DNA from: an uncultured Muribaculaceae bacterium
GTDB taxonomy: Bacteria > Bacteroidota > Bacteroidia > Bacteroidales > Muribaculaceae
Direction: 5' to 3'
DNA length: 64,000 bases
NCBI GenBank assembly: GCA_910587545.1
Contig: CAJUMI010000001.1
Span: forward strand, 16,722 to 80,721
Below the pieces are notes generated by a model that was not told where the DNA came from, did no database searches, and was given only the letters and a program-made list of their open reading frames with translations. Made by a program: the position numbers and the translations under genes. Within the stretch, counting starts at the first letter, position 1. Each line of letters starts with the position of its first letter. Below, in pieces: positions 28,731-37,714 of the stretch.

Positions 28731-30578
28731 ATGTCAAAGTCCTTGCTCAGGATACTCGCGTTTTTTGGTATCTATTTACTGATTTTCATATTGCTCAAAC
28801 CTGTATTTATGGCGGTATACTCGTCTGTCATGGGCGATATTTCAGCTGCCGACCGGTTTAATGTTATATGGCACGGGCTTCCGATGGACTGCTCTATGGC
28901 CGGATATTTCACAATAATACCGGCTCTGCTCACTATCGCCGGCATTTGGACTGACAGTCGTGCGCTCAGAGTTGCCAATCAGGTCTACATAGCGTTCTCT
29001 GCCGCTCTGATTTCGATAGTGACGGTTAGCGATCTGGCGCTTTACGGCTATTGGAATTTCCGCCTCGACACGACACCGTTTTTTTACTTTTTCAGCTCCC
29101 CGGCGTCAGCTCTCGCAAGTGTAAGCACATGGACCGCTATTCTCGGATTTGTGGTCTGCATTCTGCTCGCCGTTGCTCTATATTTTATGATCGGCCTCAC
29201 AGCGGGCCGCGTTCGCCCGTCGGCGGCAATCCGCAGCATCAGGTCAACAATTGCTACCGTCGTTCTAACAGCCTTTCTGTTCATACCGATCAGAGGTAGC
29301 TTTACCGTATCGACCATGAATCTCAGCCGGTCATACTTCAGCGCCAACCAGCGCCTGAACCATGCCGCCATCAATCCGCTTTTCAGTCTGATGTATTCGG
29401 CGACCCACCAGAGCGATTTTTCGTCACAGTTCCGTTACTTCGACGACGACAGAGCTCGTGACATTTTCGCCGGTCTGTCATCGCCATCTGGGATTCTGAC
29501 CGACACCGTCGCTCCGCTGTTTACGATTGACAAGCCGGATATCTACATTATAATTCTTGAAAGTTTCTCGGCCCATCTCATGCCATCTCTGGGAGGTGAG
29601 CCTATTGCCTCCGGACTCGACTCCATAGCCACCAACGGATTGCTTTTCTCCAATTTCTATGCATCGGGCGCCCGTACAGACCGCGCCATACCGGCAATAC
29701 TCAGCGCCTTCCCCGCACAACCGACGACAAGCCTCATGAAGTTTGCCAAGAAGATAGAACACGCCCCTTCGCTCCCGCGTGTTCTACGCGACAGCCTCGG
29801 CTATGATATGGCATATTACTATGGGGGTGACGCCAATTTCACCAATATGCTCGCCTATCTTGTAAGCTCAGGTTTCGACAGGATCGTATCCGACAAGGAC
29901 TTCCCTGTCTCGAAACGCACAAGCAAATGGGGCGCCCACGATCATATAGTGTTCGAACGTGTCTGGGACGACATCATGGCAGACACGACTGGCAACGACC
30001 GCCCGGTTTTGCGTGTCGTGCAGACTTCGAGCAGTCATGAGCCTTTTGAGGTGCCCTACTCCGATCCACGGTTTTCTGACAGTCCGCGCAAAAATGCGTT
30101 TGCCTACGCAGACCGCTCATTAACGGCATTTATCGACAGTCTCAGCGCCTCGCCGCTGTGGGAGCGCTCTGTGGTTATAATCACTCCTGACCACTATGGC
30201 GTATATCCCGAGCATTTAGACGATCCTCTGGCCCGCCACCATGTTCCGCTTGTGATCACCGGAGGTGCGGTCAACCGCGAACCTGCGGTAATCGGAACCA
30301 CCGGCGACCAGACCGCTATTGCATCGACCTTACTTTCGGCTCTCGGCACTGATGACTCGGCCTTCGCCTTCAGTCATGATCTTTTTGATCCCTCGGCTTC
30401 AGATTATGCATTCTTCTCCGAGCCGGGCATGGCGGCCTTTGTTACGCCGACCGATACAGTGGCAATCAACCTCGACACAGACACTCCCGTCATATATTCA
30501 GGACCGGCCTCCGACGCTGCGGCTGACAAATGCAAGGCAATACTGCAGATTATATACGACACTTTATCCGAATTATAA
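28731..30578 (+). CDS. LTA-synthase / phosphoglycerol-transferase-family membrane protein (sulfatase-fold)
   Basis: The 615-aa ORF has about 5 N-terminal TM helices followed by a sulfatase-type domain (DIYIIILESFSAHL...TSSSHEPF...ITPDH). Confidence 0.75.
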   Translation: MSKSLLRILAFFGIYLLIFILLKPVFMAVYSSVMGDISAADRFNVIWHGLPMDCSMAGYFTIIPALLTIAGIWTDSRALRVANQVYIAFSAALISIVTVSDLALYGYWNFRLDTTPFFYFFSSPASALASVSTWTAILGFVVCILLAVALYFMIGLTAGRVRPSAAIRSIRSTIATVVLTAFLFIPIRGSFTVSTMNLSRSYFSANQRLNHAAINPLFSLMYSATHQSDFSSQFRYFDDDRARDIFAGLSSPSGILTDTVAPLFTIDKPDIYIIILESFSAHLMPSLGGEPIASGLDSIATNGLLFSNFYASGARTDRAIPAILSAFPAQPTTSLMKFAKKIEHAPSLPRVLRDSLGYDMAYYYGGDANFTNMLAYLVSSGFDRIVSDKDFPVSKRTSKWGAHDHIVFERVWDDIMADTTGNDRPVLRVVQTSSSHEPFEVPYSDPRFSDSPRKNAFAYADRSLTAFIDSLSASPLWERSVVIITPDHYGVYPEHLDDPLARHHVPLVITGGAVNREPAVIGTTGDQTAIASTLLSALGTDDSAFAFSHDLFDPSASDYAFFSEPGMAAFVTPTDTVAINLDTDTPVIYSGPASDAAADKCKAILQIIYDTLSEL

Positions 30579-30591
30579 GACTACCCATATT

Positions 30592-31296
30592 ATGCTCGAA
30601 ACACTTCAGAACATAGATGCCGAAGTATTCCTGTTCTTCAACTCGGCACATTGTACGTTCTTCGACAGCTTCATGTCGCTGTACTCGGGGAAATTCATAT
30701 GGATACCAATGTATGCGTCACTGCTTTTAGTCATGCTCGGCCGTTTCCCGCTGTCAAAAGTCCTGATTCTGCTTGTCGGCGTAGCCCTGTCAATCACTTT
30801 GGCCGATCAGATATGCTCGTCTCTTATCAGACCGATCTGTGAGCGCCTTCGACCGTCCAACCCGTCCAATCCGCTTTCCGAGTTTGTCCACATAGTCAAC
30901 GGCTACCGTGGCGGAGCCTACGGATTCCCCTCTTGCCATGCAGCCAATTCATTCGCGCTCGCAGCATTCGCCGCCGTAATGCTCAGGCGCCGCAGCTTTA
31001 CTCTGTTTATTATCACCTGGGCTATAATCAACTGCTACTCGCGCATCTATCTCGGAGTCCACTATCCCGGCGATCTGATTGTCGGCGCACTGATCGGGTC
31101 GGCAATCGGGTATGTATGCTGCCGCTGTTCCTGCGCGGCCTGGCAAAGTCTCCTAAACAGGGGGCGACTGTATGATGCCAAACCTGTGCTCGCGAATATT
31201 CCGGCATACAGACGCGTTATGTCAGACCGTCTGAATCTGATGGAGATTGTCGGCATTTTCACCATTATTGCCATTATATTGGCTTCTTTGGTCTGA
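30592..31296 (+). CDS. PAP2-family lipid phosphatase (candidate lipid A or undecaprenyl-PP phosphatase)
   Basis: I chose the ATG at 30592 (MLETLQNIDAEVF...). All three PAP2 motifs are present: RPICERLRP, PSCH and SRIYLGVHYPGD. The protein is polytopic. Confidence 0.85.
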   Translation: MLETLQNIDAEVFLFFNSAHCTFFDSFMSLYSGKFIWIPMYASLLLVMLGRFPLSKVLILLVGVALSITLADQICSSLIRPICERLRPSNPSNPLSEFVHIVNGYRGGAYGFPSCHAANSFALAAFAAVMLRRRSFTLFIITWAIINCYSRIYLGVHYPGDLIVGALIGSAIGYVCCRCSCAAWQSLLNRGRLYDAKPVLANIPAYRRVMSDRLNLMEIVGIFTIIAIILASLV

Positions 31297-31323
31297 ATAA
31301 TTGTCTATGACAGATAAACCTGC

Positions 31324-31331
31324 TATCTTTG
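31324..31331 (+). promoter_or_regulatory. -7 box TATCTTTG upstream of the Omp85-like gene
   Basis: Exact TAnnTTTG match, 30 nt before the ATG at 31361. Confidence 0.4.
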
Positions 31332-31360
31332 CTTGAATTTTTCGAGGTTCATTAAATCCA

Positions 31361-32521
31361 ATGATCAAGCGTTTCTACATATTTGTTCTGTTAGTCGTCT
31401 CCGTTTCCCAATGGTCATCCGCCGCCGAACGGTCAGATTCGCTTCCGGCCGATACAACTGTTGAAAAGCCTAAAAATCTTGTCGGTAAAATCATCGACTA
31501 CTTCAACAACTCCAACCAGACCAAGCCACAAAAAGACTTTGATATCAGCTTCATCGGCGGCCCCCATTATTCGTCAGACACCAAATTCGGCATCGGTGTC
31601 GTTGCCGCCGGCGTCTACCGGCATGACAAAACCGATACAATCACTCAACCGTCAAATGTATCGATCTATTTCGACGCCACTACCAGCATGTTCTTCAAGC
31701 TCGGTGTGCGTGGCACTCATTTCTATCCGGGCGACCGCATGCGTTGGTCCTATGATGTGAATTTCGCATCCATATCCACAAAGTTCTGGGGTATCGGATA
31801 TGATGCAGCCATCAACGACGACAACGAATCAAAATACAAATATCTTACTTCTCGCGCCGAAACAGAATTTGTATGGCGCATTCTCCCTAATTTCTACGCA
31901 GGTCCGAAGATCGCGTTTGACTATGTCAACGGGCGCGATTTCGAGAAACCCGAGCTATGGCTGGACGAGGCAGACCGAACGTTCAATCTCGGAGCTGGGC
32001 TGACCATTAAGTATGATTCACGAGATAACATCACAGCAACAACCCACGGCACTTTTATAGCGATCGACCAACAGTTCAATCCGCGGTTTCTCGCCAACAA
32101 ATACGCGTTCTCGCTCACCGAGCTTACCGCATCGTCATTCCACCCGCTATGGCGCGGTGCGATCCTCGCCACTAATCTGCATGCCCGCCTTACTTACGGC
32201 AACACCCCCTGGGGATTGCTGTCGACTCTTGGGGGCAGCGACACAATGCGCGGTTACTTCGAAGGCCGCTACCGCGACAAGAACGAAATTGACGCCTGCA
32301 TCGAACTGCGTCAGCATATATGGCGAAGGAACGGCGTGGTGGCCTGGATTGGAGCAGGTTCGATCTTTCCGCGTTTTTCCGACATACGTCTGAGCCATGT
32401 ACTCCCCAACTACGGAATAGGTTACCGTTGGGAGTTCAAACGTTTCATGAACGTCCGTCTTGACCTCGGCTTCGGCCGTCACCAGACAGGCTTTATTTTC
32501 AGTATCAATGAAGCTTTTTAA
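31361..32521 (+). CDS. Omp85/BamA-TamA-family outer-membrane beta-barrel (surface antigen D15-like), apparently without POTRA domains
   Basis: The 386-aa ORF has a signal peptide, alternating beta-strand patterns, a GGSDTMRGY motif and a C-terminal aromatic residue (...FIFSINEAF). Confidence 0.75.
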   Translation: MIKRFYIFVLLVVSVSQWSSAAERSDSLPADTTVEKPKNLVGKIIDYFNNSNQTKPQKDFDISFIGGPHYSSDTKFGIGVVAAGVYRHDKTDTITQPSNVSIYFDATTSMFFKLGVRGTHFYPGDRMRWSYDVNFASISTKFWGIGYDAAINDDNESKYKYLTSRAETEFVWRILPNFYAGPKIAFDYVNGRDFEKPELWLDEADRTFNLGAGLTIKYDSRDNITATTHGTFIAIDQQFNPRFLANKYAFSLTELTASSFHPLWRGAILATNLHARLTYGNTPWGLLSTLGGSDTMRGYFEGRYRDKNEIDACIELRQHIWRRNGVVAWIGAGSIFPRFSDIRLSHVLPNYGIGYRWEFKRFMNVRLDLGFGRHQTGFIFSINEAF

Positions 32522-34208
32522 CTACGACATAACTTCACCATTCACTCTCCGGACGCCCGCTTGGCTCTTTCCGTTGCTCCTGATCATTCCCAATGTTTTG
32601 CTGGCATTCACAGAACCCGAGCCGGCATTGTCGAAACTGACCGACATTGTACTCCCCCTCGGAGTTTATTATCTTCTAATGTCGCTGACGACAAATGTGG
32701 GTCGCACGGTCATCTGCAGTCTTCCGCTGATGATACTTGCCGCTTTCCAGATCGTACTGCTTTATCTTTACGGCGAATCCATCATCGCCATTGACATGTT
32801 TCTGAATGTAGCCACGACCAATGTCAAGGAAGTCTCCGAATTGTTAGGCAACCTTATCATAGCCATCATTACGGTAATTCTCATATATCTGCCGCCGATA
32901 ATATGGGCCATAATCCTGCTTGTACGCAAATTTCGCTGCGCCCGCAAGGATCTGCGCGCACTCAGATATACGGGCGGCGTCCTGTGCACAGCCGGCTTGA
33001 TACTCCTGATGCTGTCCTACATATTGCTTCCTTGTTACTCTGTGCGCCGGGCCGTATTTCCGGTCAACGTCACAGCAAACATGATCGAGGCCATAGACCG
33101 CACTATACATACCGGACGCTATCACTCACTGTCGGCATCATACTCCTACGATCCGGTTATGACTCACAGCCGCGATATGCGCGAGATCTATGTCGTTGTC
33201 GTCGGTGAGACCTCACGCGCTGACAACTGGCAACTCTATGGCTACGATCGCGCGACCAATCCGAGACTGAGTGAGCGCGAAGATCTCATCGTGTTCAGAC
33301 GTCCGCTCTCTGAGAGCAACACCACCCACAAAAGCGTCCCCATGCTTCTGTCGCCTCTCAACGCAAAGACCTTCGGTGACTCCATCTATTTTACCAAAGG
33401 AATTTGTTCGGCTTTCAACGAGGCCGGTTTCAACACCGCTTTTTTCTCCAATCAGCGGCGCAACCATTCATTCATCGATTTTTACGCCTATCAGGCCCAG
33501 ACCACCGATTTCATACGTGACAAACGTCCGGATGCACTCGATTTAGATCTTGCGGCAGATCTTCAAGAATTCATCAGCCGCTCACCTTCCGACAAGTTAT
33601 TCATCGTCCTCCACTGTTATGGATCTCATTTCAATTACCGTGAGCGCTACGACAGCTCGGCCCGCATGTTCACCCCCGACAAAGCATCCGAAGCGTCTGT
33701 TGAAAACCGCAGCGAACTTGTCAACGCATACGATAATACCATCATAGCCACCGATGCCCTCATTGACAACGTCATCTCATATCTTGCCGGTCTCGACATA
33801 CCTTCAGCGCTGTTCTATACCTCAGATCATGGCGAAGACATTTTCGATGACGAACGCGGCCGTTTCCTGCATGCCTCACCGACCACGACTTTCACCCAGC
33901 TTCATGTGCCTTTTGTAGTGTGGATCTCTGAATCCTATCGCCTGGCTTTTCCTGAGATTGTCAATAACATCGAAGCCAATTCAGATCTTAATATTTCGAC
34001 ATCGCGCTCACTTTTCCCGACTGTCATGTCTGTAGCCGGGCTGAGTTCTCCTATTGTTGACGCTTCTGACGATCTTTCTTCCGCGCATTACTCCGAAAAG
34101 CCGCGACTTTACCTCAACGACTATAACGAAGCCGTGCCGCTCGCGACTGCCGGATTAAGAAAATACGACTTCGAGAATGCCAAAAAGTGGAACATTTCCA
34201 CAAAATAA
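32508..34208 (+). CDS. phosphoethanolamine transferase (EptA/LptA family)
   Basis: I chose the ATG at 32508 because the track start at 32460 is TTG. The ORF has 5 N-terminal TM helices and a sulfatase domain with VVVGETSRADNWQLYGYDRATNP (Thr nucleophile context) and YTSDHGE. It overlaps the upstream gene by 14 nt. Confidence 0.85.
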   Translation: MKLFNYDITSPFTLRTPAWLFPLLLIIPNVLLAFTEPEPALSKLTDIVLPLGVYYLLMSLTTNVGRTVICSLPLMILAAFQIVLLYLYGESIIAIDMFLNVATTNVKEVSELLGNLIIAIITVILIYLPPIIWAIILLVRKFRCARKDLRALRYTGGVLCTAGLILLMLSYILLPCYSVRRAVFPVNVTANMIEAIDRTIHTGRYHSLSASYSYDPVMTHSRDMREIYVVVVGETSRADNWQLYGYDRATNPRLSEREDLIVFRRPLSESNTTHKSVPMLLSPLNAKTFGDSIYFTKGICSAFNEAGFNTAFFSNQRRNHSFIDFYAYQAQTTDFIRDKRPDALDLDLAADLQEFISRSPSDKLFIVLHCYGSHFNYRERYDSSARMFTPDKASEASVENRSELVNAYDNTIIATDALIDNVISYLAGLDIPSALFYTSDHGEDIFDDERGRFLHASPTTTFTQLHVPFVVWISESYRLAFPEIVNNIEANSDLNISTSRSLFPTVMSVAGLSSPIVDASDDLSSAHYSEKPRLYLNDYNEAVPLATAGLRKYDFENAKKWNISTK

Positions 34209-34327
34209 GCATGCAAAGTTCTCCAAATAAATCACACACACGCCTAATTATAAATAAATTATCATTTTTTACAATTGCAAAAAGTTTTCCAAAATAAATT
34301 TTACTATAAAACTTTAGCTTAAAATAT

Positions 34328-34358
34328 TTTGATATCCGACATAATATTCATAGCTTTG
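34328..34358 (+). promoter_or_regulatory. Bacteroides-type promoter TTTG-N19-TAGCTTTG upstream of nrdD
   Basis: TTTG lies at 34328-34331 and TAGCTTTG at 34351-34358. The predicted TSS is around 34361-34365. Confidence 0.55.
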
Positions 34359-34360
34359 CA

Positions 34361-34393
34361 GAGTCGACTTTGATGTCGGCTCTTTTATTTTTT
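34361..34393 (+). terminator. intrinsic-terminator-like hairpin plus U-tract between the eptA-like gene and nrdD
   Basis: GAGUCGAC-UUUGAU-GUCGGCUC forms an 8-bp stem with one G-U pair, followed by TTTTATTTTTT. The nrdD ATG lies 34 nt downstream. Confidence 0.6.
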
Positions 34394-34426
34394 ACCTAAT
34401 TTGCAACCATATTTTCTTACCCCGAT

Positions 34427-36634
34427 ATGATACAGACAGTTGTCAAACGTGACGGCCGCGTTGTCGGCTATAACGAAGAAAAAATCAAAGCCGCCATACG
34501 CAAAGCCATGCTGCAGACCGAGCTTGGCGAAGACGAAGCCCTCATCCACAAAATCACCGACCGCATAGGCTTCAACGGCAACGAACGCATGTCAGTAGAA
34601 GAAATCCAGGACCTTGTCGAGCTTGAGCTCATGAACTCTCCGCGCAAGGAAGTCGCCAAGCGTTATATAGCCTATCGCGACCAGCGCAGCATCGCCCGTC
34701 GCGCCAAAACCCGCGATATGTTTCAGGAAATCATCGAAGCCAAGAACAATGACATCACTCGCGAGAACGCCAACATGAACACCGACTCCCCGGCCGGTAT
34801 GATGATGAAATTCGCCAGTGAGACGACAAAACCGTTTGTCGACGATTACCTACTTACACCCGAAGCCCGCGAGGCAGTGCGTCACGGCTATATCCATATC
34901 CACGACAAAGACTATTACCCCACAAAGAGCCTCACTTGTGTCCAGCATCCTCTTGACCGCATTCTCGAAAACGGATTCATTGCCGGACATGGAGAATCGC
35001 GTCCAGCCAAACGTATCGAGACCGCAAGCATAATCGGCTGCATCTCTCTCGAGACTGCCCAGAACGAGATGCACGGCGGTCAAGCCATACCTGCGTTTGA
35101 CTTCTATCTCGCTCCATACGTGCGCTCGTCTTACATAGAAGAAATCAAAAATCTCGAAGCGCTCAACGGAGCCGATTATTCACATCTTTACCACCACAAC
35201 TTCGACGACTACATCAAACTCCCGCTCGACGGACTTCAGGGCGAGGAGCGGGTGATCCGGCATGCCGTCAACCGCACGGTCAGCCGTGTCCATCAGGCAA
35301 TGGAAGCGTTTATCCACAACATGAACACCATTCACTCACGCGGGGGCAATCAGGTTGTATTCAGCTCGATCAACTACGGCACCGACACTTCGGCCGAAGG
35401 CCGTTGCATCATACGAGAGATACTCAACACTACCTACGAAGGCGTAGGCAACGGAGCGACAGCCATATTTCCAATCCAGATCTGGAAAAAGAAACGCGGA
35501 GTCAGCTATCTTCCTGAAGACCCCAACGGCGATCTCTTCAAACTCGCATGCAAGGTGACTGCCCGCCGTTTCTTCCCTAACTTCGTCAATCTCGACGCGA
35601 CATTCAACCAACACGAAAAATGGCGTGCCGACGATCCGAAACGATACATCTATGAAGTCGCGACAATGGGTTGCCGCACCCGCGTATTCGAAGACCGCTA
35701 CGGAGAAAAGACATCCATCGGCCGAGGCAACCTCAGCTTCACGACCATCAACATAGTCCGTATCGCCATCGAGTGCATGGGCATCCGCGACGAGGCCGAA
35801 CGCATCGACACCTTCTTCAAGCGTCTCGACAACGTCCTCGAAATCGCCGCCCGTCAGCTCGACGACCGTTTCAACTTCCAGAAAACAGCCCGTGCCAAGC
35901 AATTCCCACTGCTCATGTCGAGACTGTGGAATGGCGCTGACACACTCCGGCCCACAGACACGATCGAACCGGTGATCAACCACGGCACACTCGGCATCGG
36001 CTTCATCGGCCTTGCAGAATGTCTGGTCGCACTCACGGGCAAACACCACGGCGAGTGCGATGCATCCCAGCAGCTCGGCCTACGCATCGTCAGCCACATG
36101 CGCAGCCGCGCCAATGAATTTTCCGAGAGATATGACCACAACTATTCCATTCTTGCCACACCGGCAGAAGGTCTTTCAGGCAAGTTCACGGTCAAAGACC
36201 GAAAATCATTCGGCATATTACCGGGTATAACCGACAAGATCTACTATACGAACTCCAACCACGTGCCCGTCTACTACCATTGCTCACCCAGACATAAAGC
36301 AGAGGTGGAGGCTCCGTATCACGAACTGACACGCGGCGGTCACATATTCTATGTCGAAATCGACGGCGACGCCACCCACAATCCCGAGGCTATCGCCGAC
36401 ATCGTAGCACTGATGGACCGCCACAATATCGGCTACTGCTCCGTCAATCACAACCGCAACCGCTGTATAGACTGCGGCTATGAAAACGCTGACGATTCGC
36501 TCGAGGTCTGCCCCAAGTGCGGAAGCAGTAACATAGACAAGCTCCAGCGCATCACCGGCTACCTTGTAGGCACAACCGACCGCTGGAACAGCGCAAAACT
36601 CGCCGAATTAAACGACCGCGTGATCCATAAATAA
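34427..36634 (+). CDS. nrdD: anaerobic ribonucleoside-triphosphate reductase (class III)
   Basis: The 735-aa ORF has an N-terminal ATP-cone, a C-terminal zinc ribbon (CIDCGY...CPKCGS) and the glycyl-radical motif RITGYLVG. Confidence 0.95.
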   Translation: MIQTVVKRDGRVVGYNEEKIKAAIRKAMLQTELGEDEALIHKITDRIGFNGNERMSVEEIQDLVELELMNSPRKEVAKRYIAYRDQRSIARRAKTRDMFQEIIEAKNNDITRENANMNTDSPAGMMMKFASETTKPFVDDYLLTPEAREAVRHGYIHIHDKDYYPTKSLTCVQHPLDRILENGFIAGHGESRPAKRIETASIIGCISLETAQNEMHGGQAIPAFDFYLAPYVRSSYIEEIKNLEALNGADYSHLYHHNFDDYIKLPLDGLQGEERVIRHAVNRTVSRVHQAMEAFIHNMNTIHSRGGNQVVFSSINYGTDTSAEGRCIIREILNTTYEGVGNGATAIFPIQIWKKKRGVSYLPEDPNGDLFKLACKVTARRFFPNFVNLDATFNQHEKWRADDPKRYIYEVATMGCRTRVFEDRYGEKTSIGRGNLSFTTINIVRIAIECMGIRDEAERIDTFFKRLDNVLEIAARQLDDRFNFQKTARAKQFPLLMSRLWNGADTLRPTDTIEPVINHGTLGIGFIGLAECLVALTGKHHGECDASQQLGLRIVSHMRSRANEFSERYDHNYSILATPAEGLSGKFTVKDRKSFGILPGITDKIYYTNSNHVPVYYHCSPRHKAEVEAPYHELTRGGHIFYVEIDGDATHNPEAIADIVALMDRHNIGYCSVNHNRNRCIDCGYENADDSLEVCPKCGSSNIDKLQRITGYLVGTTDRWNSAKLAELNDRVIHK

Positions 36635-37125
36635 TGGACAAAACGACACTGAGGGTAATCGACATCATCGACGGCACCTCGGTCGACGGACCGGGGCTGC
36701 GCACCTCGATCTATTTCGCCGGATGCGATCACCATTGCCCGGGCTGCCACAATCCGTCGACATGGGATTTCAGAGCCGGCCGCGACATGAGTGTCGGCGA
36801 AATAGTCGAACACATCGTCGAGAATGACTTCAATGTAACTTTCTCAGGGGGCGACCCACTCTACCAGTATGAGGCACTGACTATTCTTGCCCGCGCCATA
36901 AAGGCCGCGGGCAAGACAATCTGGTGCTACACTGGTTTCACCTACGAGCAACTTGCATCCGATCCGCGCTACAGCGAATTACTGTCAACCATCGATGTGC
37001 TTGTCGACGGGCCTTTCATCCTTGCGTTGAGTGACACGGATCTGCGTTTCCGCGGATCGTCAAACCAACGCATCATTGATCTTTCAGAAGGCTCACCCCG
37101 TCAATATCGCCAAGACGCTTTCTGA
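36634..37125 (+). CDS. nrdG: anaerobic ribonucleotide reductase activating protein (radical SAM)
   Basis: The 163-aa ORF contains FAGCDHHCPGCHN. There is a TAATG overlap with nrdD. Confidence 0.9.
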   Translation: MDKTTLRVIDIIDGTSVDGPGLRTSIYFAGCDHHCPGCHNPSTWDFRAGRDMSVGEIVEHIVENDFNVTFSGGDPLYQYEALTILARAIKAAGKTIWCYTGFTYEQLASDPRYSELLSTIDVLVDGPFILALSDTDLRFRGSSNQRIIDLSEGSPRQYRQDAF

Positions 37126-37675
37126 GCGAACCGGCATTGTCACGCCTGACCCGCAGCGTCATCTCGCACGAGTTATCGAATATCTGACTGACTATCTGAA
37201 GGCCGTCCGACTTGCAGAGCCTCATCACGTCGTTCATGGCGAGATAGGGAAATGTGAATTTCACGTCGTCGGTCTCATGACACTCTATGATATCCGCAGC
37301 CGACAGCGCCTCACGCGCGGCCTCGCGGTATGCGACTATCAGTCCCGACGTCCCCAGTTTGATGCCTCCGAAATATCTCACCACGATAATCACGACATTG
37401 GTCAGCCCCAACGAATTGATCTGGCCGAGAATGGGTTTGCCGGCGGTTCCCGACGGCTCACCGTTGTCATTTGACTGAAATTCCGCACGCGAGGCTCCGA
37501 TCATATATGCCCAACATACATGACGGGCATCATAATACCGTTTCTGAAAATCCGCGATATGGGCTTTGGCCTCAGACGCATCCGACACAGGGAAAGCGAA
37601 GGCAAGAAACTTGCTCATCTTATCCTTGTAGATGCCTTCCGACGGGGCTGCGATTGTAAAATAACGATCACCCAT
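37073..37675 (-). CDS. yigZ: YigZ/IMPACT-family protein (UPF0029)
   Basis: The 200-aa ORF contains KMSKFLAFAFPV, DARHVCWAY and GEPSGTAGKPIL. Confidence 0.85.
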   Translation of the reverse strand: MGDRYFTIAAPSEGIYKDKMSKFLAFAFPVSDASEAKAHIADFQKRYYDARHVCWAYMIGASRAEFQSNDNGEPSGTAGKPILGQINSLGLTNVVIIVVRYFGGIKLGTSGLIVAYREAAREALSAADIIECHETDDVKFTFPYLAMNDVMRLCKSDGLQIVSQIFDNSCEMTLRVRRDNAGSLRKRLGDIDGVSLLKDQ

Positions 37676-37714
37676 AACAAAAACGGATTATACCGGCGAC
37701 AAAGCGTTATCGCC

